A DNA stretch of 64,000 nt, from IMG/VR virus record IMGVR_UViG_3300021373_002523, positions 1 to 64,000 of that record; one strand, 5' to 3'. Shown here one piece after another: positions 18,278 to 26,961 of this stretch. This DNA is from a virus. The position numbers and the translations under genes were made by a program. Each line of letters starts with the position of its first letter. Position 1 is the stretch's first letter. A model generated the notes under the pieces. That model did no database searches and was not told where the DNA came from. It was given only the letters and a program-made list of their open reading frames with translations.

Positions 18278-18571
18278 TAAGCCGAGGTCTTTTTGAACTT
18301 GTGTTGAATGTTTACAGGCTCCTCTAAATTTGCCTGCAGGACAATCACATGAAAAGTTTCCATTTCGGTTAGTTACAGTATATTTATTCCCTCTTGATCC
18401 AGTTATTTTATATTCCTCTACTTTAACATTTCTATAAGGATTAATTACTTCTACATCATCAAATGAAATATGATCTTCTACTGGAATCCAACCTGGAAAT
18501 AAGTATTTTTGTCCGCCTAGCGTTGAAAAGGCAATACCCATATGACTTTCTACTTTATACTTCTTCTTCAT
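18269..18571 (-). CDS. SWIM zinc-finger protein
   Basis: CDCPAGKFRGACKH; ATG at 18571. Confidence 0.75.
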   Translation of the reverse strand: MKKKYKVESHMGIAFSTLGGQKYLFPGWIPVEDHISFDDVEVINPYRNVKVEEYKITGSRGNKYTVTNRNGNFSCDCPAGKFRGACKHSTQVQKDLGLVE

Positions 18572-18761
18572 ACTTAATTTTATCAATATTTAATTCTCTA
18601 ATATCAAATGATGCAAACGGAGTACAATGTATTTTTTCTACTTCACATCTTTGTGCAGGATATTTTGATTGTTCTCTGTTTGCAATCATTTCAGCTTTAG
18701 ATACCGCATGCTTATCATTTTCGGCATCTATATAAATTGTATATGTTATAGTATATCTCAT
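18555..18761 (-). CDS. Hypothetical protein
   Basis: 68-aa ORF coupled to its neighbours. Confidence 0.6.
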   Translation of the reverse strand: MRYTITYTIYIDAENDKHAVSKAEMIANREQSKYPAQRCEVEKIHCTPFASFDIRELNIDKIKYEEEV

Positions 18762-18763
18762 TC

Positions 18764-19489
18764 TTATTTTTTAGTTGTTGGCATTAACCACATCCCATCT
18801 TTTAATATAACTTCCATTAATCCAGGTATAGTTCTTAAAAGGTTTAAACTCTTAAGAGTATCATGCTTAAACATTTTAGTAACTTCTTCTCTTATTCTTT
18901 CTTGAGAAACTACATCTTCTAATTTTCTTAGCAAACCTGGCTCTTGCATACATTCCCATAATTCATCATCAAAGGTAAAACCTTTAGTGATGGAAAATCT
19001 TAAGCCTCTTATCATTCTTAAAGGATCGTCCATTAAAGTTTTCATTGGAGGTAATGGAGTTCTAAGGATTCTATTATTTAAATCTGTAACACCATTAAAC
19101 ATATCTATGATTTTACCGTTCTCATCTTTACATAAAGCATTAAGAGTAAAATCTCTTCTCATTAAGTCATCTTCCAAAGTACCTAATTCCAATATAGGTT
19201 TTCTAGTTCCAGGAATAACGCCTACTTCTTTCCTAGACATAACAAAGTCAGCAACTAAGCCTTCATGTTTATGCCCTTTAGGAAACATAGCTCTTACAGT
19301 AAAACAGTCTGGTGTTTTTAAGAATATTTTGAATCCTTCAAATTCAAGGATAGATAGCATTTTACCCCACCCTTCTTCTACTGTCATATCAGTATTATCT
19401 AATACAAAAGTAAAGTCGATGTCTTTTGTATGAACTCCTAAGATTTCGTCCCTTACACAACCACCGACTTCAAATATTTTATGTTCCAT
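18764..19489 (-). CDS. tRNA nucleotidyltransferase (CCA-adding) / poly(A) polymerase family
   Basis: GGCVRD, DIDF, DLMRRDFTLNAL, DDPLRMIRGLRF, SQERIREE. Confidence 0.9.
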   Translation of the reverse strand: MEHKIFEVGGCVRDEILGVHTKDIDFTFVLDNTDMTVEEGWGKMLSILEFEGFKIFLKTPDCFTVRAMFPKGHKHEGLVADFVMSRKEVGVIPGTRKPILELGTLEDDLMRRDFTLNALCKDENGKIIDMFNGVTDLNNRILRTPLPPMKTLMDDPLRMIRGLRFSITKGFTFDDELWECMQEPGLLRKLEDVVSQERIREEVTKMFKHDTLKSLNLLRTIPGLMEVILKDGMWLMPTTKK

Positions 19490-19511
19490 TTTCCGTTATT
19501 TAATTATATTA

Positions 19512-19580
19512 TAAATATAATACATTTTCACGGGATTTGAACTATAGTTTCACGTTTTTTTCAAAAAGTTATTAACAATT
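19512..19580 (-). promoter_or_regulatory. Early-type promoter with AATTGTTAATAACTT box
   Basis: TTCAAATCCC-N12-TATATTTA (19512-19541), box at 19566-19580. Confidence 0.7.
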
Positions 19581-19585
19581 TTAAA

Positions 19586-19664
19586 ACTCCACTTGGACTC
19601 CACCTTTCGGTTTGTAGGCGTGAGATTTGACGCCTCGTTGTTCGGTATTAACCTATCCAAGAGC
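19586..19664 (-). ncRNA. Structured RNA (four-way junction) directly 3' of the tRNA-like gene
   Basis: P1 CUUGGAU/GUCCAAG enclosing GGU-UAAU-ACC, AGGCGU-8-ACGCCU and ACC-GAAA-GGU. Confidence 0.5.
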
Positions 19665-19777
19665 TGGGTGGTAGGGGAATCGAACCCCTGATCGCATATC
19701 TCCGATTTACTCATCGTTGCTAGCATTAACTTCCAACCGTTAAGAAATATGCAGCCGTACCACTTGGCTAACCTCCC
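19665..19777 (-). tRNA. tRNA-like RNA with 42-nt insertion in the anticodon loop; isotype undetermined
   Basis: GGGAGGU/ACCACCC acceptor (A4:A69 mismatch), D-arm GCC-AAGUGGUAC-GGC, stem GCAUA/UAUGC around 49 nt, T-arm AGGGG-UUCGAUU-CCCCU; no CCA. Confidence 0.75.
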
Positions 19778-19786
19778 ATATTTAAT

Positions 19787-19975
19787 TTATACAGCTAAAC
19801 CTTTACTAATTCTTTCGGTTATTTTTTCTTGCAAACCGATACATAATTCTTTAAACTTATCTTCTGATTCAAATGGCTTAACTGAATCTGCTTTTAGCAA
19901 ATCACCTTTAAGATTTTTAATCATTAAACTTTCACCTGATAGCTCTACTATAAAATTACCTATTGTCTTTTTCAT
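19787..19975 (-). CDS. Hypothetical protein
   Basis: 62-aa ORF upstream of the tRNA-like RNA. Confidence 0.6.
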   Translation of the reverse strand: MKKTIGNFIVELSGESLMIKNLKGDLLKADSVKPFESEDKFKELCIGLQEKITERISKGLAV

Positions 19976-20147
19976 ATTATGCGTTTATTAATTGTTTAGT
20001 TTTTTTCCAAGTTTTAATTAAGCTTAAGGCTTCATGTTCACTACAACCTAATTTACTTGCAATAAACTCAGAAAATTCTATATTAAAGTTTTTATGACTT
20101 TTAATATATTGGTTAAAATAAAATTGTATTTTGTTATTCATATAGTA

Positions 20148-20177
20148 TAAATATAAACTATTTTATTGGGAATTGAA
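20148..20177 (-). promoter_or_regulatory. Early-type promoter
   Basis: TTCAATTCCC-N12-TATATTTA. Confidence 0.7.
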
Positions 20178-20358
20178 CTATAAAATCTTGTTTTTTAATA
20201 GCCCATTATTCCAGCAAGAGCTAAAAGAAGTATACTCCCACCACCTAAAACTTTCCAATACCATTTTTCAACCCAATCATCTTCAAAAACAATAAGATGA
20301 AATAAAAAACTTAGCCCTATAATAAATAGGCATGCAAACATTTCCATTATTGGTCCCA

Positions 20359-20649
20359 TTAGTAATTCATTTTATCTAACGTAGGTTCAGCTCCATTTAA
20401 AACTTGAACTAATATAGTTTTTAATTCTTCATATTCTGGGGCACCTTTATAAATTTTTTGAAAAACTTCAGTTCCTCTACCAAATTCAATTCTTCCAGTA
20501 CTTGTAGATTTTGCAGCTCTACCAAACCAAGGGTTTCTTGATGGTTGGAATCTTGTAATTCCATACCACTGTCCACCTGTTACTTGTACCAATATGCCTT
20601 CAACCGAGGTGGTACTTTTTAACGGTTTCTCTTTAATAATTTCAATCAT
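20359..20649 (-). CDS. Hypothetical protein
   Basis: 96-aa ORF. Confidence 0.6.
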   Translation of the reverse strand: MIEIIKEKPLKSTTSVEGILVQVTGGQWYGITRFQPSRNPWFGRAAKSTSTGRIEFGRGTEVFQKIYKGAPEYEELKTILVQVLNGAEPTLDKMNY

Positions 20650-20664
20650 TTTTTTTAATTTAAG

Positions 20665-21645
20665 TTAAACTTCTAATACTAATTGATTATCTATGTGTAC
20701 ATCAAAAGGTAAGTAAGATTCTAACAATGAATCTTTATCATCCTTGTATTTTAGTACAGCCACTTCTTTAGCTTTAGCTTCTACTTCTATATCTACAGCA
20801 AAACCGTAGTCATCAATTTGTTCGTATACAAAATCTGCATGTGCTTGTGCTTTACAGCCTGGATCTTCGAATGTTCTTCGGCAAGATGAATAATGAAAAA
20901 GTGGTTTTACATTATGATATTCCCATGTTTCTTTTGCCATTATGAATGCATCCCTTTCGGATAATCCACCATCATTAAATCTGTGGTGGTGGAAGTCAAA
21001 TGTAATAGGTACTCTTACCTCCGTAAAAATACCCCAATACAAATCTTTTACTGAATACATACTTCCTTTATCATCATTTTCTACAACTAACCTACTCTGA
21101 GCCGATACTGATAAATTTTTAAAATTATCAGACCATCTTTTTAATGTAGCCTTTTTATCGCCGTATACTCCATTGCAATGAATATTAATAGGATAATGAT
21201 TAGATCTCTCTAATCCCATAAGATCCATTATTTCAGCAGTTTGATTTAATTCTTTGAGGGTTTTTGAAACAAGATCTGGATTAGGTGATCCTAGAACATT
21301 AAAAGGCCCTGGGTGAAAACTTAATCTTTGTCCATATTTCTTAGCCAAATTACCCGCACCCCTAAGCAATGTAGATATTTTTTGATAATCTGGTAAATCT
21401 TTAAGTTCATATTCAGACATCCAAGGAAACATATTAGAAGACATCCTGTAAACTTTAAATCCATTTTGTTCATTCCATTTAATAATCTCTACAAGATCTC
21501 TGATATTTTGTAAAGCAAGGCTACTTACATGAGGTAAACCTTTTTGTGCAAAGGTTGCCTTTCTGCATGTTCTATTAACTGTTATCTTTTTTGGTTGAAG
21601 ATTTAGATTGATACAGCAATAACCTAATTGAGTACTTGGATTCAT
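20665..21645 (-). CDS. uvsE: UV damage endonuclease
   Basis: LGYCC, YRMSSNMFP, RLSFHPG, LVVENDD, FDFHHH, HYS, HADF, EVEAKAKE. Confidence 0.95.
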   Translation of the reverse strand: MNPSTQLGYCCINLNLQPKKITVNRTCRKATFAQKGLPHVSSLALQNIRDLVEIIKWNEQNGFKVYRMSSNMFPWMSEYELKDLPDYQKISTLLRGAGNLAKKYGQRLSFHPGPFNVLGSPNPDLVSKTLKELNQTAEIMDLMGLERSNHYPINIHCNGVYGDKKATLKRWSDNFKNLSVSAQSRLVVENDDKGSMYSVKDLYWGIFTEVRVPITFDFHHHRFNDGGLSERDAFIMAKETWEYHNVKPLFHYSSCRRTFEDPGCKAQAHADFVYEQIDDYGFAVDIEVEAKAKEVAVLKYKDDKDSLLESYLPFDVHIDNQLVLEV

Positions 21646-21703
21646 ATGTTCTTATTTAATTTAAATATAACAAATAATTTGAACATCTGAAAGTAAATCA
21701 TAC

Positions 21704-22315
21704 TTAATTTGTATAACAACACCAAGATGTTAAAATAATCTTATCATCAGATATAGGCATACAGCCTTTATGAACATAAGGCCATGCAGCTGGATGAATT
21801 ATTAACCTACCCTGCTTAGGTTTAACTTTAAAATAGTCAGCCTTATCTTTTTCTTTAAAATAAAATGCAGTTTCCCCACCTTCTTCTACATCATTAAGGT
21901 AAAGAATAAAAACAAATAATCGATTTGATGTATCTTTATTATAGTTTTCTAAATGCCAAGTATTAAAATGCCCTTCTTCTTTTTGATATTTTTGGATTTG
22001 AAATACTGGATAGTATGTTTGATTCATAATAACTGATGATGTATCAAATTCAGCCCAAGGAGAGAAGAACCGAAGATATCTGAGGTGATGTTCATTAAAT
22101 CTGTTAGCTACGAGATTAGTTAATTCTCTATCATTATCATTGTCTCCTTTAATAATATCCCAATCTACTGATTTTTTATGCTCAGCTAATTCACCATAGC
22201 CGCCTTCCCAAGCCGCACCTGAATTTATTGCATTGGTGTGAGATTCAATTAATCTTAAACATTCTTCTTTTGTGAATGCATCATCAAAAATTCTTATACT
22301 ATCTTTAAATTCCAT
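21704..22315 (-). CDS. 2OG-Fe(II) oxygenase
   Basis: WHLE...LYLNDVEEGGET...PYVHKG...K. Confidence 0.85.
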   Translation of the reverse strand: MEFKDSIRIFDDAFTKEECLRLIESHTNAINSGAAWEGGYGELAEHKKSVDWDIIKGDNDNDRELTNLVANRFNEHHLRYLRFFSPWAEFDTSSVIMNQTYYPVFQIQKYQKEEGHFNTWHLENYNKDTSNRLFVFILYLNDVEEGGETAFYFKEKDKADYFKVKPKQGRLIIHPAAWPYVHKGCMPISDDKIILTSWCCYTN

Positions 22316-22708
22316 TTATATCCATTTATTCTTTTTAAAATATAACCACATACCTACAACAGTGGCAGTAGTTAAACTAGCAAATACCCAAAACCCATTA
22401 TCATCCGAGATTAAAGGTACATCATCAAAATTCATACCCCAAAGCCCAGTATAAAATGAAAGAGGTAAAAATATAGTAGACCATATTGTAAGAAGGTTTA
22501 ATCTTCTATTCAATAAATCATTATTTTTCTTTTCAATCATTGATTCTAAAACCTCAAAAATCTGAATAAGATCTAAATGTTCTCCTTTTAAAAGTTTTCT
22601 TTTTAAGTTATAGAATTCTTTTGTGTTTATTGGATGACCTTCAAAAATAAGATCTTCATATTTTTCTAATTCCTTTTTTAATTCTTTTTCCATAAATCTA
22701 ATGTCCAT
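22316..22708 (-). CDS. Truncated CorA-family protein (pore region only)
   Basis: LTIWSTIFLPLSFYTGLWGMNF signature, second TM, KKNKWI end; only 130 aa. Confidence 0.8.
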   Translation of the reverse strand: MDIRFMEKELKKELEKYEDLIFEGHPINTKEFYNLKRKLLKGEHLDLIQIFEVLESMIEKKNNDLLNRRLNLLTIWSTIFLPLSFYTGLWGMNFDDVPLISDDNGFWVFASLTTATVVGMWLYFKKNKWI

Positions 22709-22983
22709 AATAGAGATTCAATAAAATATAAAAAACCAACAAGACCCATTCCATAATGAGTCCATGTTCCTTGGTGGCCGTAAGTAAAGTCTTGATAAAT
22801 TGAAGGTATAGCCGATCCCATTATAGCAATACTAAAAATTATCTTTACCCACTTATTATCTAAAAATGTTTTTGGTTTTACAACCTGTCTCATTTGATCT
22901 TCCAACCAATCATAATCTTCATGCTTACGAGTGGCTAATAATCTAAATGATATCTTATCTGTTAGTTCTTTTATAGATCCCAT
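22678..22983 (-). CDS. Membrane protein
   Basis: Two TM segments. Confidence 0.6.
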   Translation of the reverse strand: MGSIKELTDKISFRLLATRKHEDYDWLEDQMRQVVKPKTFLDNKWVKIIFSIAIMGSAIPSIYQDFTYGHQGTWTHYGMGLVGFLYFIESLLWTLDLWKKN

Positions 22984-23037
22984 ACTGATTTTCTTTTTCT
23001 TTTTGCGAACTTTAACCTAATTAAGAATATTAATTTT

Positions 23038-23229
23038 TTAATTAGTTTCATTCTTTCTTAGTTCAATTATTTTTTCTTCTATCTTACTTGCCTCAAATGT
23101 TAATGTATCACTTAAGGTTCTATTTGATTTAGACGCAATAAATGCTTGCCCTAAAAGATCTTTATACTGAGCTTCTAATTTTTCTAATTCTGTTTTTCCT
23201 TTAAATATCTTTTTAATAAATTTAAGCAT
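23038..23229 (-). CDS. Lacal_2735-like small protein (Flavobacteriaceae family)
   Basis: KTELEKLEAQYKDLL...SKSNRTLSD pattern, recognised from memory. Confidence 0.6.
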   Translation of the reverse strand: MLKFIKKIFKGKTELEKLEAQYKDLLGQAFIASKSNRTLSDTLTFEASKIEEKIIELRKNETN

Positions 23230-23381
23230 CTTCTAATTTTGTAAATTCATCTTGTGTTATTTCTACTTGTACCCATTCATGAAATTTTTCACTGATAGGT
23301 AAATAAGTATAGTATTTGGTAATGATTCCGCTTACGGCATCCTCCCTTCTAATCCAAATTAGTATTTTCATATTTTTTATT

Positions 23382-23789
23382 TTATTCGCAATCAGAACTT
23401 AATCTCCATAGGTGACTGAATTGACCATCCATAAAAAGTTTACCACCATCACATTCAAATGTAACTTCTGTAACTAATTCATTTCCAAAATGTAAATCAA
23501 CTCTTAATGTGTCATTTTCAAATGTATATGGATTAGTGCCTGGAATAGCATCACTTGGATCTAATGAATTCCAATAAGTAGAATCACAATTAAATGTATT
23601 ACAGTAATAAGTGTATCTTATACCATCAGCAAACTCATACATTGTATTTGCATCTGCTCTATTTTCACTAGGTGACCATAACCATTTGCCTTCTATGGTA
23701 TAATAAGGTTCTGGTGTTGTTTCTATTGTTTCTTTTTCACAACTTATAAACGTTGCTACTGCTAATAATATTAATAATAATTTTTTCAT
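23382..23789 (-). CDS. Putative lipoprotein (lipocalin-like)
   Basis: MKKLLLILLAVATFISC lipobox, IEGKW; start moved to 23789. Confidence 0.7.
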   Translation of the reverse strand: MKKLLLILLAVATFISCEKETIETTPEPYYTIEGKWLWSPSENRADANTMYEFADGIRYTYYCNTFNCDSTYWNSLDPSDAIPGTNPYTFENDTLRVDLHFGNELVTEVTFECDGGKLFMDGQFSHLWRLSSDCE

Positions 23790-23823
23790 TTTTCTTCTCT
23801 TTTTTAGTATTTTCATATTATAT

Positions 23824-24492
23824 TTATTTTCCACCAATTACCTCGTCAATTATTCCATACTTAACAGCTTCTTCAGCATTCATCCAAAAATCTCTTGTTG
23901 CATCCTTTGCAACTTTATCTGCTCTTTTGCCGCAATATTTTCCTAAGAGAACAAATAGTTCTTTATTTACTTTTTGCCATTCTTTCCAATCAATTTCAGC
24001 ATCTTGAATATTTCCTCTAAACCCACCTGAAGATTGATGTAACATTGTTTTAGAATGTTTTAAAGAACTTCTTTTACCTTTTGTTCCTGCTCCTAGTAAA
24101 ACAGATCCCATTGAAGCAGCCATTCCAGTATTAACCGTTCTAATATCTGATTTAATATAATCCATAACATCTACCATTGAAAGTCCTGATTTAACCGAAC
24201 CTCCTGGAGAATCAATATGCATTGTAATATCCTTTTTCTCCACACTATCCAAAAACATTAATTGAGCTTGGACAATTGTAGACATATTATCATTGACTGG
24301 CCCAGCCACCCATAGTAACCTATCCATCATTAACCTTGAAAATATATCAATTTGCGTGGCTCTCATTTCTCTCTCCTCTAAAATATAAGGAGTCATTGAG
24401 TTTTCAATATGCTTTTCATAATAGTCCAATGTTGATGAACTTACATTATGATCACTCATTGCATATTTTTGAAATTCTTTTCCGTAATTCAT
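23824..24492 (-). CDS. clpP: ATP-dependent Clp protease proteolytic subunit
   Basis: DIFSRL, SPGG, GMAASMG (Ser), MLHQ (His), RDFW; Bacteroidota-style N-terminus. Confidence 0.97.
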   Translation of the reverse strand: MNYGKEFQKYAMSDHNVSSSTLDYYEKHIENSMTPYILEEREMRATQIDIFSRLMMDRLLWVAGPVNDNMSTIVQAQLMFLDSVEKKDITMHIDSPGGSVKSGLSMVDVMDYIKSDIRTVNTGMAASMGSVLLGAGTKGKRSSLKHSKTMLHQSSGGFRGNIQDAEIDWKEWQKVNKELFVLLGKYCGKRADKVAKDATRDFWMNAEEAVKYGIIDEVIGGK

Positions 24493-26516
24493 TATTCTTC
24501 TATATTAGTTATGTCAATTATTAATTCACCTTTAGTACTTTTAATATTAATTGTACCGCCTTCTTTTAATTCACCTTTAAGAATTAATTCTGACACTTTA
24601 TTTTCAATTAATCTTTCAATAGTTCTACGTAAAGGTCTTGCACCATACTTAGGATCATATCCTTGATTAAGTATTACTGTTTTAGCTCCTTTTGATATTT
24701 TAAAAATATAATTACCTACCTCAGATAAATTAGATGCTAATTCTTTACATTCCTTTGTTAGGATATCCATTACATTATCTTCAGTTAATCTGTTGAATAC
24801 TACAATCTCATCAATCCTATTTAAAAATTCTGGTGAAAATTTATTTTTAAGAGCTTTTCTTAAAATAGTTTTTTCTTCTTCAGCCTGATTAACAATTTTT
24901 GATGAACTTTCAAATCCAATACCTGAACCAAAATCTTGTAACTTTCTAGATCCTGTGTTTGATGTAAGTATTACTAAACAATTTCTAAAATCAACAGTTC
25001 TACCTAATGAATCAGTTAACTGCCCATCATCTAACATTTGTAGAAGTACATTAAATACCTCTGGATGAGCTTTCTCTATCTCGTCAAATAATATAACAGA
25101 ATGTGGTTTTCTCTTCACCTGCTCTGTTAAAAATCCACCACCTTCAAATCCTACATATCCTGGAGGCGCTCCAATTAATTTAGAAATTGAATGAGGCTCC
25201 ATGTATTCACTCATATCAACTCTAATTAATGATTCTTCACTATTAAATAAGTATTCTGTTAATTCTTTAGCCAATTGTGTTTTACCAACTCCAGTAGGAC
25301 CTAAGAAAATAAAGTTACCCATTGTTCTGTTTCTTTTTCTAATACCTACTCGGTTTCTTTGAACAGTTACAGATATTTTATTCACTGCTTCATCTTGACC
25401 TATTACTTTTGATGATAAATGTTTATTAAGACCTAATAGGTTTTTATTTTCTTTATCAGATATTTTTTCAATAGGTACACCTGTAGATTTAGATACAACT
25501 TTTAGTACATCATCTTCAGTTATTTCTAATTGATTAACAGCCATCTGTTCTTTCCATTCAGCTAAGTCTCTTTTAATTCTATCTTTAAGTGTTAAACACG
25601 CATCTCGTTCTTTAGCTGCTACTTCATATAATTGTCTGGAAACTGCTTTTCTTTTTGCATGTTCTTTATCTAATAATCTTTCCTCTAATGCTTTAATCTT
25701 TTGAGGAATTTTCATATTAGTTAAATGCTTGTAAGATCCTACCTCATCTAAAATATCAACAGCTTTATCTGGAAAGTATCTATCCATAATATATCGGTCT
25801 GCTAATTTAACAATAAGATCAATTATTGAATCATCATATGAAACACTATGGTGTTCTTCATACTTATGCCTAATGTTAGAAAGTATTTCAATCGTTTCTT
25901 CTAATGATGGGGGATTAACTGTTACTTTTTGAAACCTTCTATCTAAAGCACCATCATCTTCAATGTTTTCTCTAAACTCATCAAAGGTTGTAGCTCCTAT
26001 ACACCTAATCTCTCCTCTTGCTAATGCTGGTTTAATTATATTAGATGCGTCTAAAGATCCCGTAGAACTACCTGCACCTACTAAGGTATGTAATTCATCA
26101 ATGAATACGATAATATGTGGATTAAGAATTAATTCATCTACAATAGATTTCATTCTTTCCTCAAATTGACCTCTATATTTTGTACCTGCAACTATTGTAG
26201 ATAATTCTAATGTATAAATAACCTTTCCTTGTAAAGATACTGGAACATTACCTTCTACCATTTTTAAAGCTAAACCTTCAACAATGGCGGTTTTACCAAC
26301 ACCTGGCTCTCCTACTAAAACTGGATTGTTTTTTCTACGTCTACCTAAGATTTGAATAACTCTTAAGATTTCATCTGTTCTTCCAATAACAGGATCTAAC
26401 TTACCTTCACCTGCTAACTTACTTAAATTGGTACCGTAAGTATCTAAGATTAAAGTTTGCTTTTTAAATCTTTTCTTCTCTCTTTTTGGTTCTTCCTCTG
26501 GATATATTTCTCCCAT
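24492..26516 (-). CDS. clpC: ClpC/ClpA-family AAA+ unfoldase lacking the N-terminal domain
   Basis: Two AAA modules ([16 protein letters not shown]), UVR-like coil, IGF loop (SGIGFE), GARPLRR. Confidence 0.92.
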   Translation of the reverse strand: MGEIYPEEEPKREKKRFKKQTLILDTYGTNLSKLAGEGKLDPVIGRTDEILRVIQILGRRRKNNPVLVGEPGVGKTAIVEGLALKMVEGNVPVSLQGKVIYTLELSTIVAGTKYRGQFEERMKSIVDELILNPHIIVFIDELHTLVGAGSSTGSLDASNIIKPALARGEIRCIGATTFDEFRENIEDDGALDRRFQKVTVNPPSLEETIEILSNIRHKYEEHHSVSYDDSIIDLIVKLADRYIMDRYFPDKAVDILDEVGSYKHLTNMKIPQKIKALEERLLDKEHAKRKAVSRQLYEVAAKERDACLTLKDRIKRDLAEWKEQMAVNQLEITEDDVLKVVSKSTGVPIEKISDKENKNLLGLNKHLSSKVIGQDEAVNKISVTVQRNRVGIRKRNRTMGNFIFLGPTGVGKTQLAKELTEYLFNSEESLIRVDMSEYMEPHSISKLIGAPPGYVGFEGGGFLTEQVKRKPHSVILFDEIEKAHPEVFNVLLQMLDDGQLTDSLGRTVDFRNCLVILTSNTGSRKLQDFGSGIGFESSSKIVNQAEEEKTILRKALKNKFSPEFLNRIDEIVVFNRLTEDNVMDILTKECKELASNLSEVGNYIFKISKGAKTVILNQGYDPKYGARPLRRTIERLIENKVSELILKGELKEGGTINIKSTKGELIIDITNIEE

Positions 26517-26616
26517 AATTTATTTTAGTATAGTTTAATAATAACAAAAAATAACCTGAACTGAAAGTAGTTATTTAAGTATATTAATTATACTGAGAAA
26601 TAAAAAATGGTTTAAG

Positions 26617-26958
26617 TTAAGACTTAATAGAAATACTTAATTCTGAAGTTCCTTTAATTAAGCGGTGAATTAAGCCTTTAGGTATATGAATGATCTTACC
26701 TGGTTCTATAGATTGTGGCAATTCATTATCAAACTGAAATTGCCAGTCGTTTTCATTTAAGGATTCAATGAAACGATCTTCATCGTCAGCGTGCCATTTA
26801 TATAAATGATCAGGTGCTGCTTTGTCAAAATGTCTTAAGACAATATTAGAAGAATATGCTTCTTGTGTAAACGGTTTAGTTTGATCATCCATGTGTTCTA
26901 TAACCTTTTCATTGGTTAATTCTTTACACTTGCATGATTTACATTTACAATCTTTCAT
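26617..26958 (-). CDS. Cupin-like protein
   Basis: WHADDEDR...WQFQFDN...IPKGLIHRLIKG. Confidence 0.6.
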   Translation of the reverse strand: MKDCKCKSCKCKELTNEKVIEHMDDQTKPFTQEAYSSNIVLRHFDKAAPDHLYKWHADDEDRFIESLNENDWQFQFDNELPQSIEPGKIIHIPKGLIHRLIKGTSELSISIKS

Positions 26959-26961
26959 TTA

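Noticed and set aside
19700-19750. Group I intron, BHB intron or hammerhead inside the tRNA-like RNA
   Set aside because: Insert is only 42 nt, with no BHB geometry and no CUGAUGA/GAAA core
19749-19991. 80-aa plus-strand ORF
   Set aside because: Overlaps the tRNA-like RNA and ORF 19787..19975 on the opposite strand
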